Shown piece by piece: positions 52,879 through 64,000 of a DNA stretch of 64,000 nt; positions within the stretch are counted from its first letter, which is position 1; the number at the start of each line of letters is the position of its first letter. Made by a program: the position numbers and the translations under genes. The notes under the pieces were generated by a model, which was not told the DNA's origin, did no database searches, and was given only the letters and a program-made list of their open reading frames with translations. Source of the DNA: Azolla caroliniana (lineage: Eukaryota > Plantae > Polypodiophyta); assembly GCA_043228905.1 (NCBI GenBank), contig JBHGNT010000007.1:20398001-20462000 (forward strand), read 5' to 3'.

Positions 52879-55800
52879 TCACTCCATTAGGAGGTTTGGA
52901 ATAGGTTGCTCTCTAAGATCAGCTGACAGTGGTGCTGCATCAATATGTTCTGTCTCCTTAGCTAAATCTTGTATATGATTAGAACCCGATACATCTTCAA
53001 GGTCGACAAAGTCGCCTCCATCCTCGTCTATAGCTTCCATCGGCTTTCTAGAGGCCATCTGAAACATCTCTGTTTCCTTGATATGCTTTGCCCCAACCTC
53101 TTGGTTCTAGTCGGGACAATCCTAGATGCCTTGGATCCTCATCTTAATAAAATTGACTGGTCGGGGTCCTTTTCTAATGCGACACAGTTCCTAAGTAGTT
53201 TAAGAGCACATGCAGTCATCATTCCTAAAAAAACAATCACACATACAAAAGTAAGAAAACAAGACAAGAAATAATATTTCCTTTCTAAAAAAATTGATGA
53301 AACTTATGAGATTACTTGTTCCAGAAAATAAGTCGAGAACCTAATCATCAGGGTTAGAGAACAACTCGACCAATCGATTAATCAATCGTTGGGGCTTGTG
53401 ATAAGGGTTTAATAAACTCTTATTGCCAGACACGTGGCACAATTTCTTCGCTACAGGTGGGCACATGATATAGTTGACAACGTTCCGCTCATTAACATGT
53501 GCTTGAGCCTTCTTCTTAGAAATTGCGTCGTAGTTGCCCACGCACATGTGCTCCACAACGCTCACCATTCGATCACCCGGGGTACGAGTTATATTCGTTT
53601 TAACCCTATTTTATAATTGAATCAAAACAAGTTAATAAATATGTAGTAAGCAACATGGAATCCATACATTAAATATATAGTAACATAGAATCCTTACCAA
53701 TGCATATGTTCGGTGGCATGGCATCTCGACTTTAATGCAGTCGTGACCGATAATGCCTGACCCATACTGTGAAATATAATAATATGCCATAATGGTGCTA
53801 GGGTCAGCTCCGCAAAGTCCTTAAACATCTTCTCTATTTGCGGATATTTGTATGACACATCGTCGTATGTTGAGCCTGATATTCTGAAGCCATACAGTAT
53901 ATCTGCCACGAGCAATGTGTAATGTCTCTTGGGTAATATGTCAAGCATATTACCCACATCACCATTATATACACTATAATACAATTGTCGGAAAGGATCA
54001 CTCTTGTGCAAAAAGCTTTTTACGGGATTTGAGTCCTCAAGCACCCCGAGTTCCTTTCCTTTTGTCATCCGTTTCTCGTATTTAGCTCGTTCCAAATGGG
54101 TGATGAAGGCACTAGGTATGTCTTCATTGCTGTCGCTATTCTTCTTTGAACGAGGTGGTTTCTGTAATTATAAATTTTGTAAGAAGAAACCCATTATCCA
54201 AAAATCAATTAATATTTGTAGAACATACATACCCATTCTCTAAACACAATAAAGAATTCTTCAAGAGCCTTGTAAGATGATGTTTTTGGGCAAGATTGCT
54301 CCACTTCTTCCTAGGTAGGTAGGGACAATTTTTTCATCATCAGCTCTTGAATCTTCATATATACCTTATGGCTAAAAAACAAAAGAAACTAAAATTAGAA
54401 TAAAGAACAAATCAACAAAGCAATCAAATCAAAATGATACATGCACATTGATGACTCACTTTTGAAACTCTGTGACCATTTCGTCAAGGCTAAACTCCTT
54501 GGCGGCCACTCTTGATAATACGGATATCAATAATCTGTCATCCTTAATTCCTTGCAGTGACCGCCAAAAAAGTAGCTTCATATCTTCAGCTAACTCTTCA
54601 ATTACTAAGTCACTTTTACGTGACTTAGATTTCATCTCCACCTCTGGGTCGATCTTAGCCTTCTTTGATCGTTGACCCTTTATTTCTTTACGCTCCCACA
54701 TACTAAAAATGCGATCTTGGAGGTCCCACACCTCCCTTGTTCTAAATGCAAGTTGAAACCATGAGTCATATTTTCTCAAGCCTTCAGAGTTGGTGCTTTC
54801 ATCAACTGCTATCCCCACTTCAAGCAGACATTGTCGTTGCAATCCAGGATGCAGTCGAGGACCAAATTTTTGTAGCGCATCAAGGTACTCGTGATGGAAG
54901 AATCGGATGTGCTCGATACATGACATCTTTTGTCTATAGTCATTATCGTTGTTATGATCCCAAGCTAACAACTTGGCTTCTTCATGTGTAAGGCTTGCAT
55001 ACACTTTACATTCTGCATACTTGAAGAAAGGGGTAAGAGGATACTCCTTAACCAGTTGACATCGGGCTTTAACAGAGTGGGATCCTCCAATCACATAGTA
55101 TGTGTAGTCATCTGCCAAACTGTGCACATGCACTAAATGTGGCTCTCTTATTTCTAGAGCCCATCTTCCTATCTCCGGATCGATGGGTGGTTGTTGAATA
55201 GAGCAGATTGGTAAGTGAAATAATTGTCCTTTACGGACAAGCTTCGCCTTTACAATATTTTCTTTGATCTGGTTCTGCTCTAAGGTGAGTATCCCCGATG
55301 AAATGTGCCCCCTTGGAGGAATAACTTCGAGCTCAGCTTCTTCCTCCTCATCTTCTACGAACTCGAGGACCTCCAGCTTGTCCTCTTCTGGTTGCTGCCT
55401 TTTCTTGTACTTCTTATGTCCCGGTTTGGACTTCTTGGCAAACTTTGGTGGGGTTGTTGCTTGTGTGACCATCAGCTCTCTGTTAATGTATGGGCACAAA
55501 GCAACAATCAAGTTGTTTTTTTGTCTGAACATCCTTTTTTAGGACTTTAGGGTGGCAGGAGTTAGTTATGAAATTACGTTCATCGATCTTGACTCTATGA
55601 ACCCCCACTGAGCTATCAACATCGAGAAGAGGTTTGATGAGTCATTGTCTTCATATTCCATGTTCTGTACGTAGTCATAGGTGAATGTCTTTCCCACCTG
55701 CAACTTGCCTTCACCTTCAGACTTTGCAAGAATAAGGAGGTCCCCTTCTTCCTCGGTGTAGATCAGTGTCCACTCCACATGGGGGTAGCTCTTCAGGCGA

Positions 55801-55974
55801 GGCTCCCCACTCTTTTCGTCTAAAGTCTTCGTCGTGTTACCGACAAAAGACTTTGAAGTGTCATCACCTCCTGACTCAATAAATGTTTTGCAAAAATCAG
55901 CTTTCATCATGGTGTCAGAAGCTCTTTTGGTTGGTGATGAAATTTTTAGTTTGAAGGATGGCACCTTCTGTCAT
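52879..55974 (-). pseudogene. ParB/Srx-like domain + beta-class N4-C/N6-A DNA methyltransferase, multi-exon, decayed
   Basis: ParB-like ALEIRE...YYVIGGSHS..AR..L...HN (54456-55532); motif IV-like LLVADILYG (~53889-53915); motifs X-I NPYHKPQRLINRLVELFSNPDD*VLDLFSGT (~53317-53410) spliced to MMTACALKLLRNCVALEKD (~53165-53224); GT-AG introns; several stops. Confidence 0.8.
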
Positions 55975-58004
55975 GGCTCACTGAAAACAACAAGTCATGA
56001 CACAAGGATATAAAAATAATCTTAATAATAAACAATATAGGCCTCTAAACTAAGGTAAAAATTAGAGAAAATCATACGTTTTTGTATAGAATGTTACATA
56101 AAAAACTTGAAGAAATAGACCAAAAAACAACAAAAAATTTGACCAAATTTGATCTATTGATCATAAAAAGCCCATTTTTCAATGGGAACACTACATCGAG
56201 TTCCTGTTGAAAGAGGCGAGTTCCCGTTGAAAGAGGTTAAACCTCGATTATGGAAGCAAAAGTTGAATAAAACAAAAAAGAATCTTTAAGGAATCTTTTT
56301 GGAATCTAATATGTTGGGTTAGAAAACATACCTGGCAATTTTATTTCCCTTGTTCATGTTGATGTTAGAGATGTTGACTTCACCGGGGAGGCGAAAACTC
56401 GACGATTTTGGTTGTTAAGTGCTCTTGTGCTCCTATGCTCTTCTTTTGCTTGTATGTGATAATGAGAACTAGAAGATGACTTCCCTGTATATATTTTTTA
56501 TTTTTTATTTTTTATTTTCAAAAATATTTTTAATTATTAAAAAAAAAAGTTCTTCTACATGGTGCTTATTATAGAACCAAACTTGTGCCTATTTTGGACA
56601 TTGTTGTTGTGATTTAGCCTTGAGCAAAATGTCCTCAAAGTCGAGTGAAAATTCTCTGTTTTCTATTGAGCCTATTATATTATCTGATAACTCGTTATTC
56701 TCAATCGAGGAATATAGCCATGTTAATAATAAAAGGTGCCATGTTAAGACCAACGATGGTCAAGAACAAAGCTAGATGACAATTTTTTCGATAGAGTCAT
56801 TGAACTTAGGTAAAACAAGATATATTACAGTAGATACAACTCATGTCGAATCTAGTTTATCGAATGCTAACGAAGACTGTGTCAATAAGCCTCTAAATTT
56901 TCAAAGAGTTCCTCGAAAAGTGTGTGTTAAACGATATAATTTTTTGTGTTTAGATCGACAAATTTCATTGACATACGCAAGGTATGTTGTGGGAGCCTTT
57001 GTCTATCAAAATTTGGAAAGGCAAACTTGCGGGGGTTGCGACAAAAGTATTTGTCTCTCAATGGCGACGAACAAGATACATTCTTGATTGCCAATATGCA
57101 ACTTGTTAAGGACCATCTGGTAGTGTCATGTTCTCAGCAGGTGGAATATTACCTTTCACTTACTACGAAGAGTTGTCGAGTTACTTTTAAAATTTCTTAT
57201 AACATCGGGAACATGAGGCTACAAAGAATTCAACATTGATTACTGAAGGGGTGGTGGGTGCCTTTCAACAATACAGAATCTCCATGTAAGGGCCTGATTG
57301 GGCGACATGTTGTTAGATGGATGGAGATTTATTTCTCGAAGCAATGTGATGTTATGCCCACCACTTGAAGAAATAACAAAATATAATACTTTATTGCGAG
57401 ACATCGAGAAAGCCAAGCGTTGGAAAGATCTAAAACTATGCATCATCGTCAAAAAACGCTTCAATCGCCAGAAAGATACATGTGCTTGATTATAGATGGG
57501 ATGGATCAAAAGCAAACTTGTTTGCCACATTTTCGAAGGTTGCCCAAGGATATTGGAGATGAATGCCTAGTGCAGATGCACTTAGTAGGATGTCTTTTGT
57601 ATTGTCAGACAATAAGGCCTCAAGTGTTCTTAACTTATGCAAATATCCACAACGACCCTAATCTTACAATTACAGTCATGCAAAGAGTTCTGCAGAGTTG
57701 GCAAGGTTTATTCCCACCAGTACTATACGTGCAACTTGACAACACGGCGAGAGAAAACAAGAACTCAACTGTGTTTGGTTACTTGAGCATGTTAGTAGAC
57801 AAGGGTATTTTCAAAAAGATTAAGGTCAACTTCTTGCTAGTTGGTCATACACATGATCACATAGATCAAATGTTTAGTAGGTTCTCCAAAAAATTAGATT
57901 GTTGAACCTTATACCCCCAAACCAGATGTGCAACATTTAGATGAAGTATATGATTTCAAAAGCTTTTGTTTGGATGATGATGGGATTGGATGTAGGGTTC
58001 TTGT

Positions 58005-58300
58005 TGTCACGATATGGCAAGACTCGAACCCATGACCTTATGTTACATGGGTGGAGCTCTTGACCATTAGACTATATGTTGTAATACAAAAAATATTATT
58101 TTCATTTAAGTTTTACTATAGAAAATTGATGTATATTCCAGATTTCTCTAGAACATTCTAGAAACTTCAGGAGTACTCCTGAGAACACTATAAAAGGAGG
58201 CACAAGGCATTATTTCAAACCAAATCGGTTCAACGCTAGTCTTAAGCCTCCTAGCTACTATTGTATATTCTCTTCACATAATATATATCTTTTGTTATCA

Positions 58301-58359
<59 letters not shown>

Positions 58360-58476
58360 TTCTCTCGAGAGTTCTACACCTCCCTTAGTACTAATCCTCA
58401 TCTTTTAGTACTAATTCCTTCTCTGTCTTAGTATTGTTCTTGGCAGTACTTCTCTGTCTTAGTACTATTCCTAACA
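58005..58476 (+). mobile_element. solo LTR inserted in the transposase gene
   Basis: TGTCAC...CTAACA ends; TSD CTTGT/CTTGC; TATAAAA at ~58189; (CT)n at ~58304-58355; removing it restores the peptide CRVLAPLNNI. Confidence 0.87.
58010..58080 (-). promoter_or_regulatory. tRNA-like A-box/B-box module at the LTR 5' end
   Basis: Minus strand TAGTCTAATGG (58074-58064) and GGTTCGAGTCT (58030-58020) at tRNA spacing. Confidence 0.68.
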
Positions 58477-59774
58477 CTTGCTCCGCTTAATAATATAAGA
58501 TTGGTTATTGGATGCGGTACCTTGAGGAAAAACAGAAAAATATTGAGCAAACCAAAAGGTACGTTGGTGATCATGATGCGGATTGGTGGGATGTCTTCTT
58601 TAATCATCAACATACAATATTAGATAACCACTTTACAGGGTATTGGTGACTACAAAATAAATTCGAATGGGTGGTGGCCCATCAATGGCAACCACGACTC
58701 CTTTACAACCACTAGATAATCTTGAATTGAATAATCTAGTTCGTCCACGACAAAGAGATATTTACGTGGGACCAAGATTATCACATGTTGCAAAGGCAAG
58801 GTGGCAAGGCGATCTACATGAGCTACAAGTTGGTATGTTGGTTGCAACATTAGTTGGGGGTGATAAGTTGGGTCATCCCTTCTAGATTGCCAAAATCATT
58901 GAAATTATTAAGGATGATGAAGGCAATCACGTAAAGTCTATTATGGTTCATTGGTACCATAGCTCTTCCAAAGATGCATTTACTGGGAAGTACTCTTTAG
59001 AGATGGTTAAGGATGTCAAAGGCACAAGCAGAAAGCAAAGAAGAAAGAATCTACCAAGCATGTATACTCTAGCACTTGATAATGTCGACATACTCATGTA
59101 TGACTTCTCCTTGACCAAAACAAGCCATCTAAGACAGACTACAATCAAGATAATAAAAGAGAAGATCCCAAGTGTGCTTGTTGACGCAACACAGAGATGA
59201 ACGAGGAGTATGTCTCATAATCACGGTGACGTTGGATTGCAATTGGATGAAGACAATGCATTGGTTGCTAGTGATGATGAGGATGAGACCTCACAAAGCT
59301 CTTCTAGTTCATCGGGTGGGTCTAGGCGTATCTCTTGGAAGTGATGGATCTCATATATGAAATGTAAATGTTGTATGTTACATCAATATGGCGATTCACA
59401 AATATGTATAAATATACATGTTGGTTATTTTGTAATTTTTGTATGTTCTCTTGTAAATTTCACGTGTCGATTATTAGGGACATTTTTTGAAAGCCCTAAA
59501 TTTTTGGACATGGTATAAATCAATATATTTTGATTCAATTTCCAAAACCCTTTACGTATGCGGTGGTCCTTTTTGTGAAATGACCTACTTTATGTCTTTT
59601 TTGGACGGACTGTTTTTAAATTGCGACATATTAGCTCTTTCAATGGTGTTTAAACTAATATATATAAATATATGCTTATATTGAAATGGTTTGGCATTAC
59701 GTCTTGTAGATGTGAGGTTGCAAGTTCAATCTTCACTAACTATGTATTTGATGTCGTTGTGTTGTGACATAAAG

Positions 59775-60090
59775 CATATGATGGAGGAGGATTCTAGATA
59801 GCTGGCTAGAATTACTGCCATTCGAAAGCAACCTCATTAAAAGGAAGAGATACTCCACTAAAATAGAAAGAATTAAACCCATGAGCGCCTCTACAAGCCC
59901 CATCACATCCCTAAGGGTTTTGAAGCCAATGAAGAACATGTCAATAATCATTACATGAGGCCACCTTGGACGAGGACATCAATGGAGACTCTGATGTGAA
60001 TCAAAGATATTAAAGAGTTGATGATGACATTAATCAACCATGGCTCTGAAATTAATCTCATGTCCATGAAATCCTACCACAAGGGTGTGA
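59775..60090 (+). mobile_element. old gypsy remnant (pre-protease/protease) related to the 15494-23609 family; upstream part at ~48650-49537
   Basis: HYMRPPWTRTSMET...LINHGSEINLMSMKSYHKG resembles HYTRPHWARATTET...LIDHGLEINLMSTDFYKKG; NYEVLGEEKKK at ~49355 resembles HEVFVEEKRKR. Confidence 0.7.
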
Positions 60091-60861
60091 AAGATGAAAA
60101 TGAAACTATTGAGGTCTTGAGCTAGGGAAGATGAATTTGGTGGCATTGCTTATGAAAGTTTGTGGGAGTCGCGTGAGTATGTTAGCATGTGGTCATGCAC
60201 CTAGTGTTTTTCCTAGGCTAAACAAGTAAATGTATATTATGTGTGTTAAAATGTTGCATGTGTAGGGGAAATATTGTGTGTGTACCTCTATGCATATTGG
60301 TAATACATTTATGATTTTAATGTGGGTGTAGCTTTGATGGTGTATGTGTTTCAATGGGCACATATATTAGGGGTATTGTTGCCCGTAGGAGTGTACAGGG
60401 CGGTGTAAGGGTCAAACACGGTAAATGGATTGTGGTATATGTGAAATGTATATCAATGTGAGTGAGGAAATATATGTGTATGAACACATGCACAATTATG
60501 TGTATGTGTGTAATGGTCTTTTTTGTAACGGTCATATTATGTAACCGTTACATTTGATGTACTATATAAACCCCTTATGGGGCATGTAATGAGAGATAGA
60601 TTTTTCCCTCTCACTTTTGGTGTCATTCTTTGTTTCTCTTTCCCTCTCTCTCTCTCCCTCACACATAACCCCCTTGGGAGGGGGGTGGAGCCGTTTATGG
60701 CTTCACCCCCCACCCATTAACAGGTATGAGTGGAAGAGGGGACGCTTGTGTGGAGTTGTCTTAACTCTTGGTGTGCATGCACACTCTTGTGTGCGAAAGT
60801 GTATATGTTTCGGTTTATGTGTGTCTACACATTTACATGTATCTGTATGTGTTGGTATTCT

Positions 60862-61338
60862 GTGATTATGTGTGTGCGGATGTGTGCAAGTGTGGATTTG
60901 TAAATGTGGGCATTAATCTTTCTGTCGCTAACTTCTTCTTTTCCAAAAAGAAGCTACTTTACCATTAGTCAGGAGAGATTATCATAGAAAGACTATACAA
61001 GGTGGCTTATACATAAAGCGGGGAATCACCCTCCCACCAAGTTCAAGAATATGAGACTACGTGCATATCCTTTCAAACTGACTACTTAATGTAAGTAGCT
61101 ATTTCGTGATTATGTGTGTGCGGATGTGTGCAAGTGTGGATTTGTAAATGTGGGCATGTATATTTCTGTAGCTAAAAATTTTTTTCCCAAAAAGAAGCTA
61201 CTTTCCCATTAGTTAGGAGAGATTATCATAGAAAGACTATACATGGTGGTTTATACATAAAGAGGGGAATCACCCTCCCACTAAGTTCAAGAATATGAGA
61301 CTACGTACATATCCAAACTGGCTACTTAATGTAAGTAG
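60862..61338. repeat. ~240-bp direct duplication next to the LINE 3' region
   Basis: GTGATTATGTGTGTGCGGATGTGTGCAAG...CTACTTAATGTAAGTAG at ~60862-61098 and ~61107-61338. Confidence 0.88.
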
Positions 61339-61339
61339 G

Positions 61340-62020
61340 TACCTATAGGTTATCGCTATAAACCGGTGCCCTTCATCACCGGCTAGTACAAGCCAAATCA
61401 TGTGGCCTACAACGAAGGGAGAGTGGGAGGTGAGTAGGAAACAACCAGTGTGGGGCTTGGTAGTTCCACCTTGGGTCATTTCCTCCTTGCATCACCATCA
61501 ACATATTCTGCCATTTCTGCCAAGCGCAAACAGGTAGTGACCACATTGTTGGAGTGGTTGCAAACCTCATCCAATTTCCCTCGTATGCAATTGATAATCG
61601 TGAACCATATATCCATGATCAATTCCTCCGGGGGGCATAGTAGATCTTGGAAGGCCTTTAGGTAGTGTGCTTTCCATACATACCAAAGGGTGAAGCCAGC
61701 GATCAACATCAAAATCTCCCAAAACTGAGGGGATACAATCTTCAAGCCTCTCCCAAATCGGGTCTTGACGAGTTTACCTCTTGTGCATTCATAACACCAA
61801 ATGTCTCCATTGAAAGTGTATGTCCAACTATCAACCGAGAGATCGATCCAAGCCCCTGCACTCCATGATGTTGTCCCTTCCACTTTGCAGGGAGCTAAGA
61901 GGCGAGTCATCCTGTCCCATACTCTCTGAGCTTGAGGGCAATCCCATAAACAATGTCTCGGAGTGTCACTAGGTGAATAATAGAGTGGGCAAGCTATCGG
62001 GCCGCCACATTTACCTAGCC
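61340..62020 (-). mobile_element. L1-clade LINE 3' fragment (zf-RVT/C-terminus)
   Basis: Minus-strand CPLY..DTPRHCLWDCPQAQRVW, TLWYVWKA and WNYQAPHWLFP, homologous to the other two LINEs. Confidence 0.85.
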
Positions 62021-64000
62021 ATTATGTACACATCTATAATGGTTTCATGTGCATGCATGTGTTATAATATATTGATTGATATCTATGGCTAGATTTGATG
62101 TTCAAGGGGGGGACAAGGGGAACTTAAGGCTAAGCTCAAGTATTTATCATTATTGTCCAAACTAAGGGACATTGTTGTCCTAAACCCTACATCCCAAGGC
62201 TGATTTAGGCCCATTTACAAGCCCAATTTGGAATCGACTTCAAGAACTTTGGATTTTGACCTGAAGCTAAATTTTTTTAACATTTTGAAACATCGGAACC
62301 CATCTTCCAGTTAGTGGCAATTTTTGTCAGCACTCCACTTTGGTTTCTTTGGAGGCAAACCTTCAACTTCGACGTTTCTTCTACACAATTGGGAAAATCA
62401 TTTCACAACTATGTTTTTATGCCTAAAATTCCTAGTTAGCCCATTGTAGGACTGGCTTAATGGTAAAGTGTTGACCACTCAAAGCATGGGTTCAACTCCC
62501 CTCTACTAGATATTTAATCATAACTCCAAATTTTCCTTAGAAGGGGAAAAATGGAGTTTTTTCGTTGGTTTTTGCTTGTGTGACCAATGTGGTTCCTCAA
62601 TCACTTAAATTCTCACTTGAACTTCACAATTCTTCTTGAAAAGAATTGTTTTTAACTCTTTGCAAGTGGTTACAAGTTCCCGGATTTTCAATAGGTTTTC
62701 AGGAACATGAATCAATTTATAAGAGATTATAGAGTATTTGAACCCTTTTATATAGTGTGAGAAGATATTCGGATAAGAATGAGTTTTGGGGGGGATATTC
62801 ATAAATGGGATTCTCCACAATTTCTTATGTCGGCTCCAATATGCCCCTTGGTCTCTTAAATCTTCGCCAAAAAAGAGATAGGTTACATGAGTCAAGTAAA
62901 TTCACCATGAATCACTTAAAGCTACATCGAATAGAAGATAGATAGTTTATATGAATCAAGTCAATTAAAAAAAGATCACTTATATTAAATACTTACCTTA
63001 ATTATATAATCTCATGAATTACAATATGTATTCAAGGAATTGAATCAAAATTACACAAGATTTATAATATTTGAACCCTTATACATAGCATGAGAAGATA
63101 TTAGGATAAGGAAGAGGTAGAGGGGATATCCTAAATTTCACATGGTGAGTTCATGATTGATCACAATTTCATCTTGGTTGTAGTAGGCCTCCCATGCACT
63201 CTTGTGATTCGTGACCCCATGATAATTAGTTCATCAATCAAAGCTTGAACCTCATGATTTTGGGACAAATGTTTGTGGCCTTATCATCTTTTGCATCGTA
63301 GCTCCATTTGTTTCTCCCCCGCCCCATGACCACCTTTAGGTAGTTTTGAACCCTTTACATCAGCATATCTTTACATTTTTCTTTTGATTTCCACTTTCAA
63401 CCAAAAAGCTTTTGTACACATATTTTTCCCATGCTTTCCTCCCTTCAGGCACACCATGTCATGACATTGCCATGAGAATTGTGACCCGTTGAGTGTGAAC
63501 ATAATCCATAGATGGTTCTCCAAGAGAAAGAATTTCACAAACATTTTGGCCCATGCTACTAAAGTGTTTAACATACCATACTATACTTGGGTTTTTCCAA
63601 AGATTCACTAGGCTCATTATCTTCGCAAAGGCTGTGGAGAGCATCTTAGTGATTGTGAGGCCCCTTCCTTGCATCAAAAATGAATGCAATAACATCAATT
63701 TTGAGAAAAATGGATATATATCGAAGCTTCATCCTCCTCTCCCTTTGATATATTTGAGAGTTCTTGCGTCTATGTAAATAGCAAATAAGGTTATTCATCC
63801 TTGCTTCATTCAAATGGAGCTCCATATAATATTTGACATAACTAGTGGTGCCCCATATTGTCTCCATAACAATATCATATAAGGAATATATTGTCCACCT
63901 TATTTTCTCTGGCAATCCAATAACATAATTATTAAACTAGGCTCAAGTTTAGGTAGTGGGTGGATTTCACTTCCCTAATAGAAGAGAGAAAGAGAGAGAG

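Larger units (their letters stand above)
56629..59360 (+). pseudogene. Sola-like (DUF7869-type) DDE transposase with C-terminal Tudor/BAH-like module, decayed and interrupted by a solo LTR
   Basis: Cys motifs KVCCGSLCL and YYL...CRVTF; catalytic-core motifs CLIIDGMDQ, LYVQLDNTARENKN, FLLVGHTHDHIDQMFS (57420-57905); C-terminal LQVGMLVA..HPF(W)IAKII..IMVHWY (58820-58960); acidic tail. Confidence 0.82.
52031..59650. mobile_element. TIR DNA transposon (Sola-like DDE) carrying a ParB-like/DNA amino-methyltransferase gene
   Basis: Imperfect TIRs AACA....CATT....AG.TAATATGTCGCA at both ends; 4-bp TSD TAAA at 52027-52030 and 59651-59654; interrupts an LTR whose intact partner defines the empty site; two divergent genes inside. 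Confidence 0.88.
49543..59769 (-). mobile_element. non-autonomous LTR element (non-coding ~1.5-kb interior) whose 5' LTR is split by a DNA transposon
   Basis: 3' LTR 49543-50071 (TGTCACG...CGTGACA); PPT AAAGGGGAGGATAA beside it; 5' LTR 51614-52030 + 59651-59769; perfect 5-bp TSD TAAAG at 49538-49542 and 59770-59774. Confidence 0.92.

Noticed and set aside
63371-63915. Possible degraded coding fragment on the minus strand
   Set aside because: Overlapping short ORFs without a motif I can assign.

Overview
Transposon-dense plant nuclear DNA. The element families suggest a non-seed land plant such as a moss, lycophyte or fern; this is inference. One host gene is present: a 9-exon euANT/AIL (ANT/PLT/BBM/APB-type) double-AP2 transcription factor at 40309-47241 (+), with a 9-nt VYL microexon and a 7-nt frameshifting deletion in exon 2. 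The rest is mostly nested, decaying elements: two Ty1/copia, a near-complete Ty3/gypsy (tRNA-Trp PBS, apparent -1 frameshift signal with pseudoknot), a deleted chromovirus-type gypsy, three L1-like LINE fragments and a non-coding LTR element with a Tf1-type self-priming signal. The top candidate system is a 7.6-kb TIR DNA transposon (52031-59650, TAAA TSD). It carries a Sola-like DDE transposase with a C-terminal Tudor/BAH-like module and, divergently, an intron-containing gene for a ParB/Srx-like domain fused to a beta-class N4-cytosine/N6-adenine DNA methyltransferase. The second candidate is a tRNA-like Pol III A-box/B-box module found in four otherwise dissimilar LTR families, always antisense and about 115-270 bp upstream of the LTR TATA box. 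Domain calls come from motifs read by eye; no searches were run.
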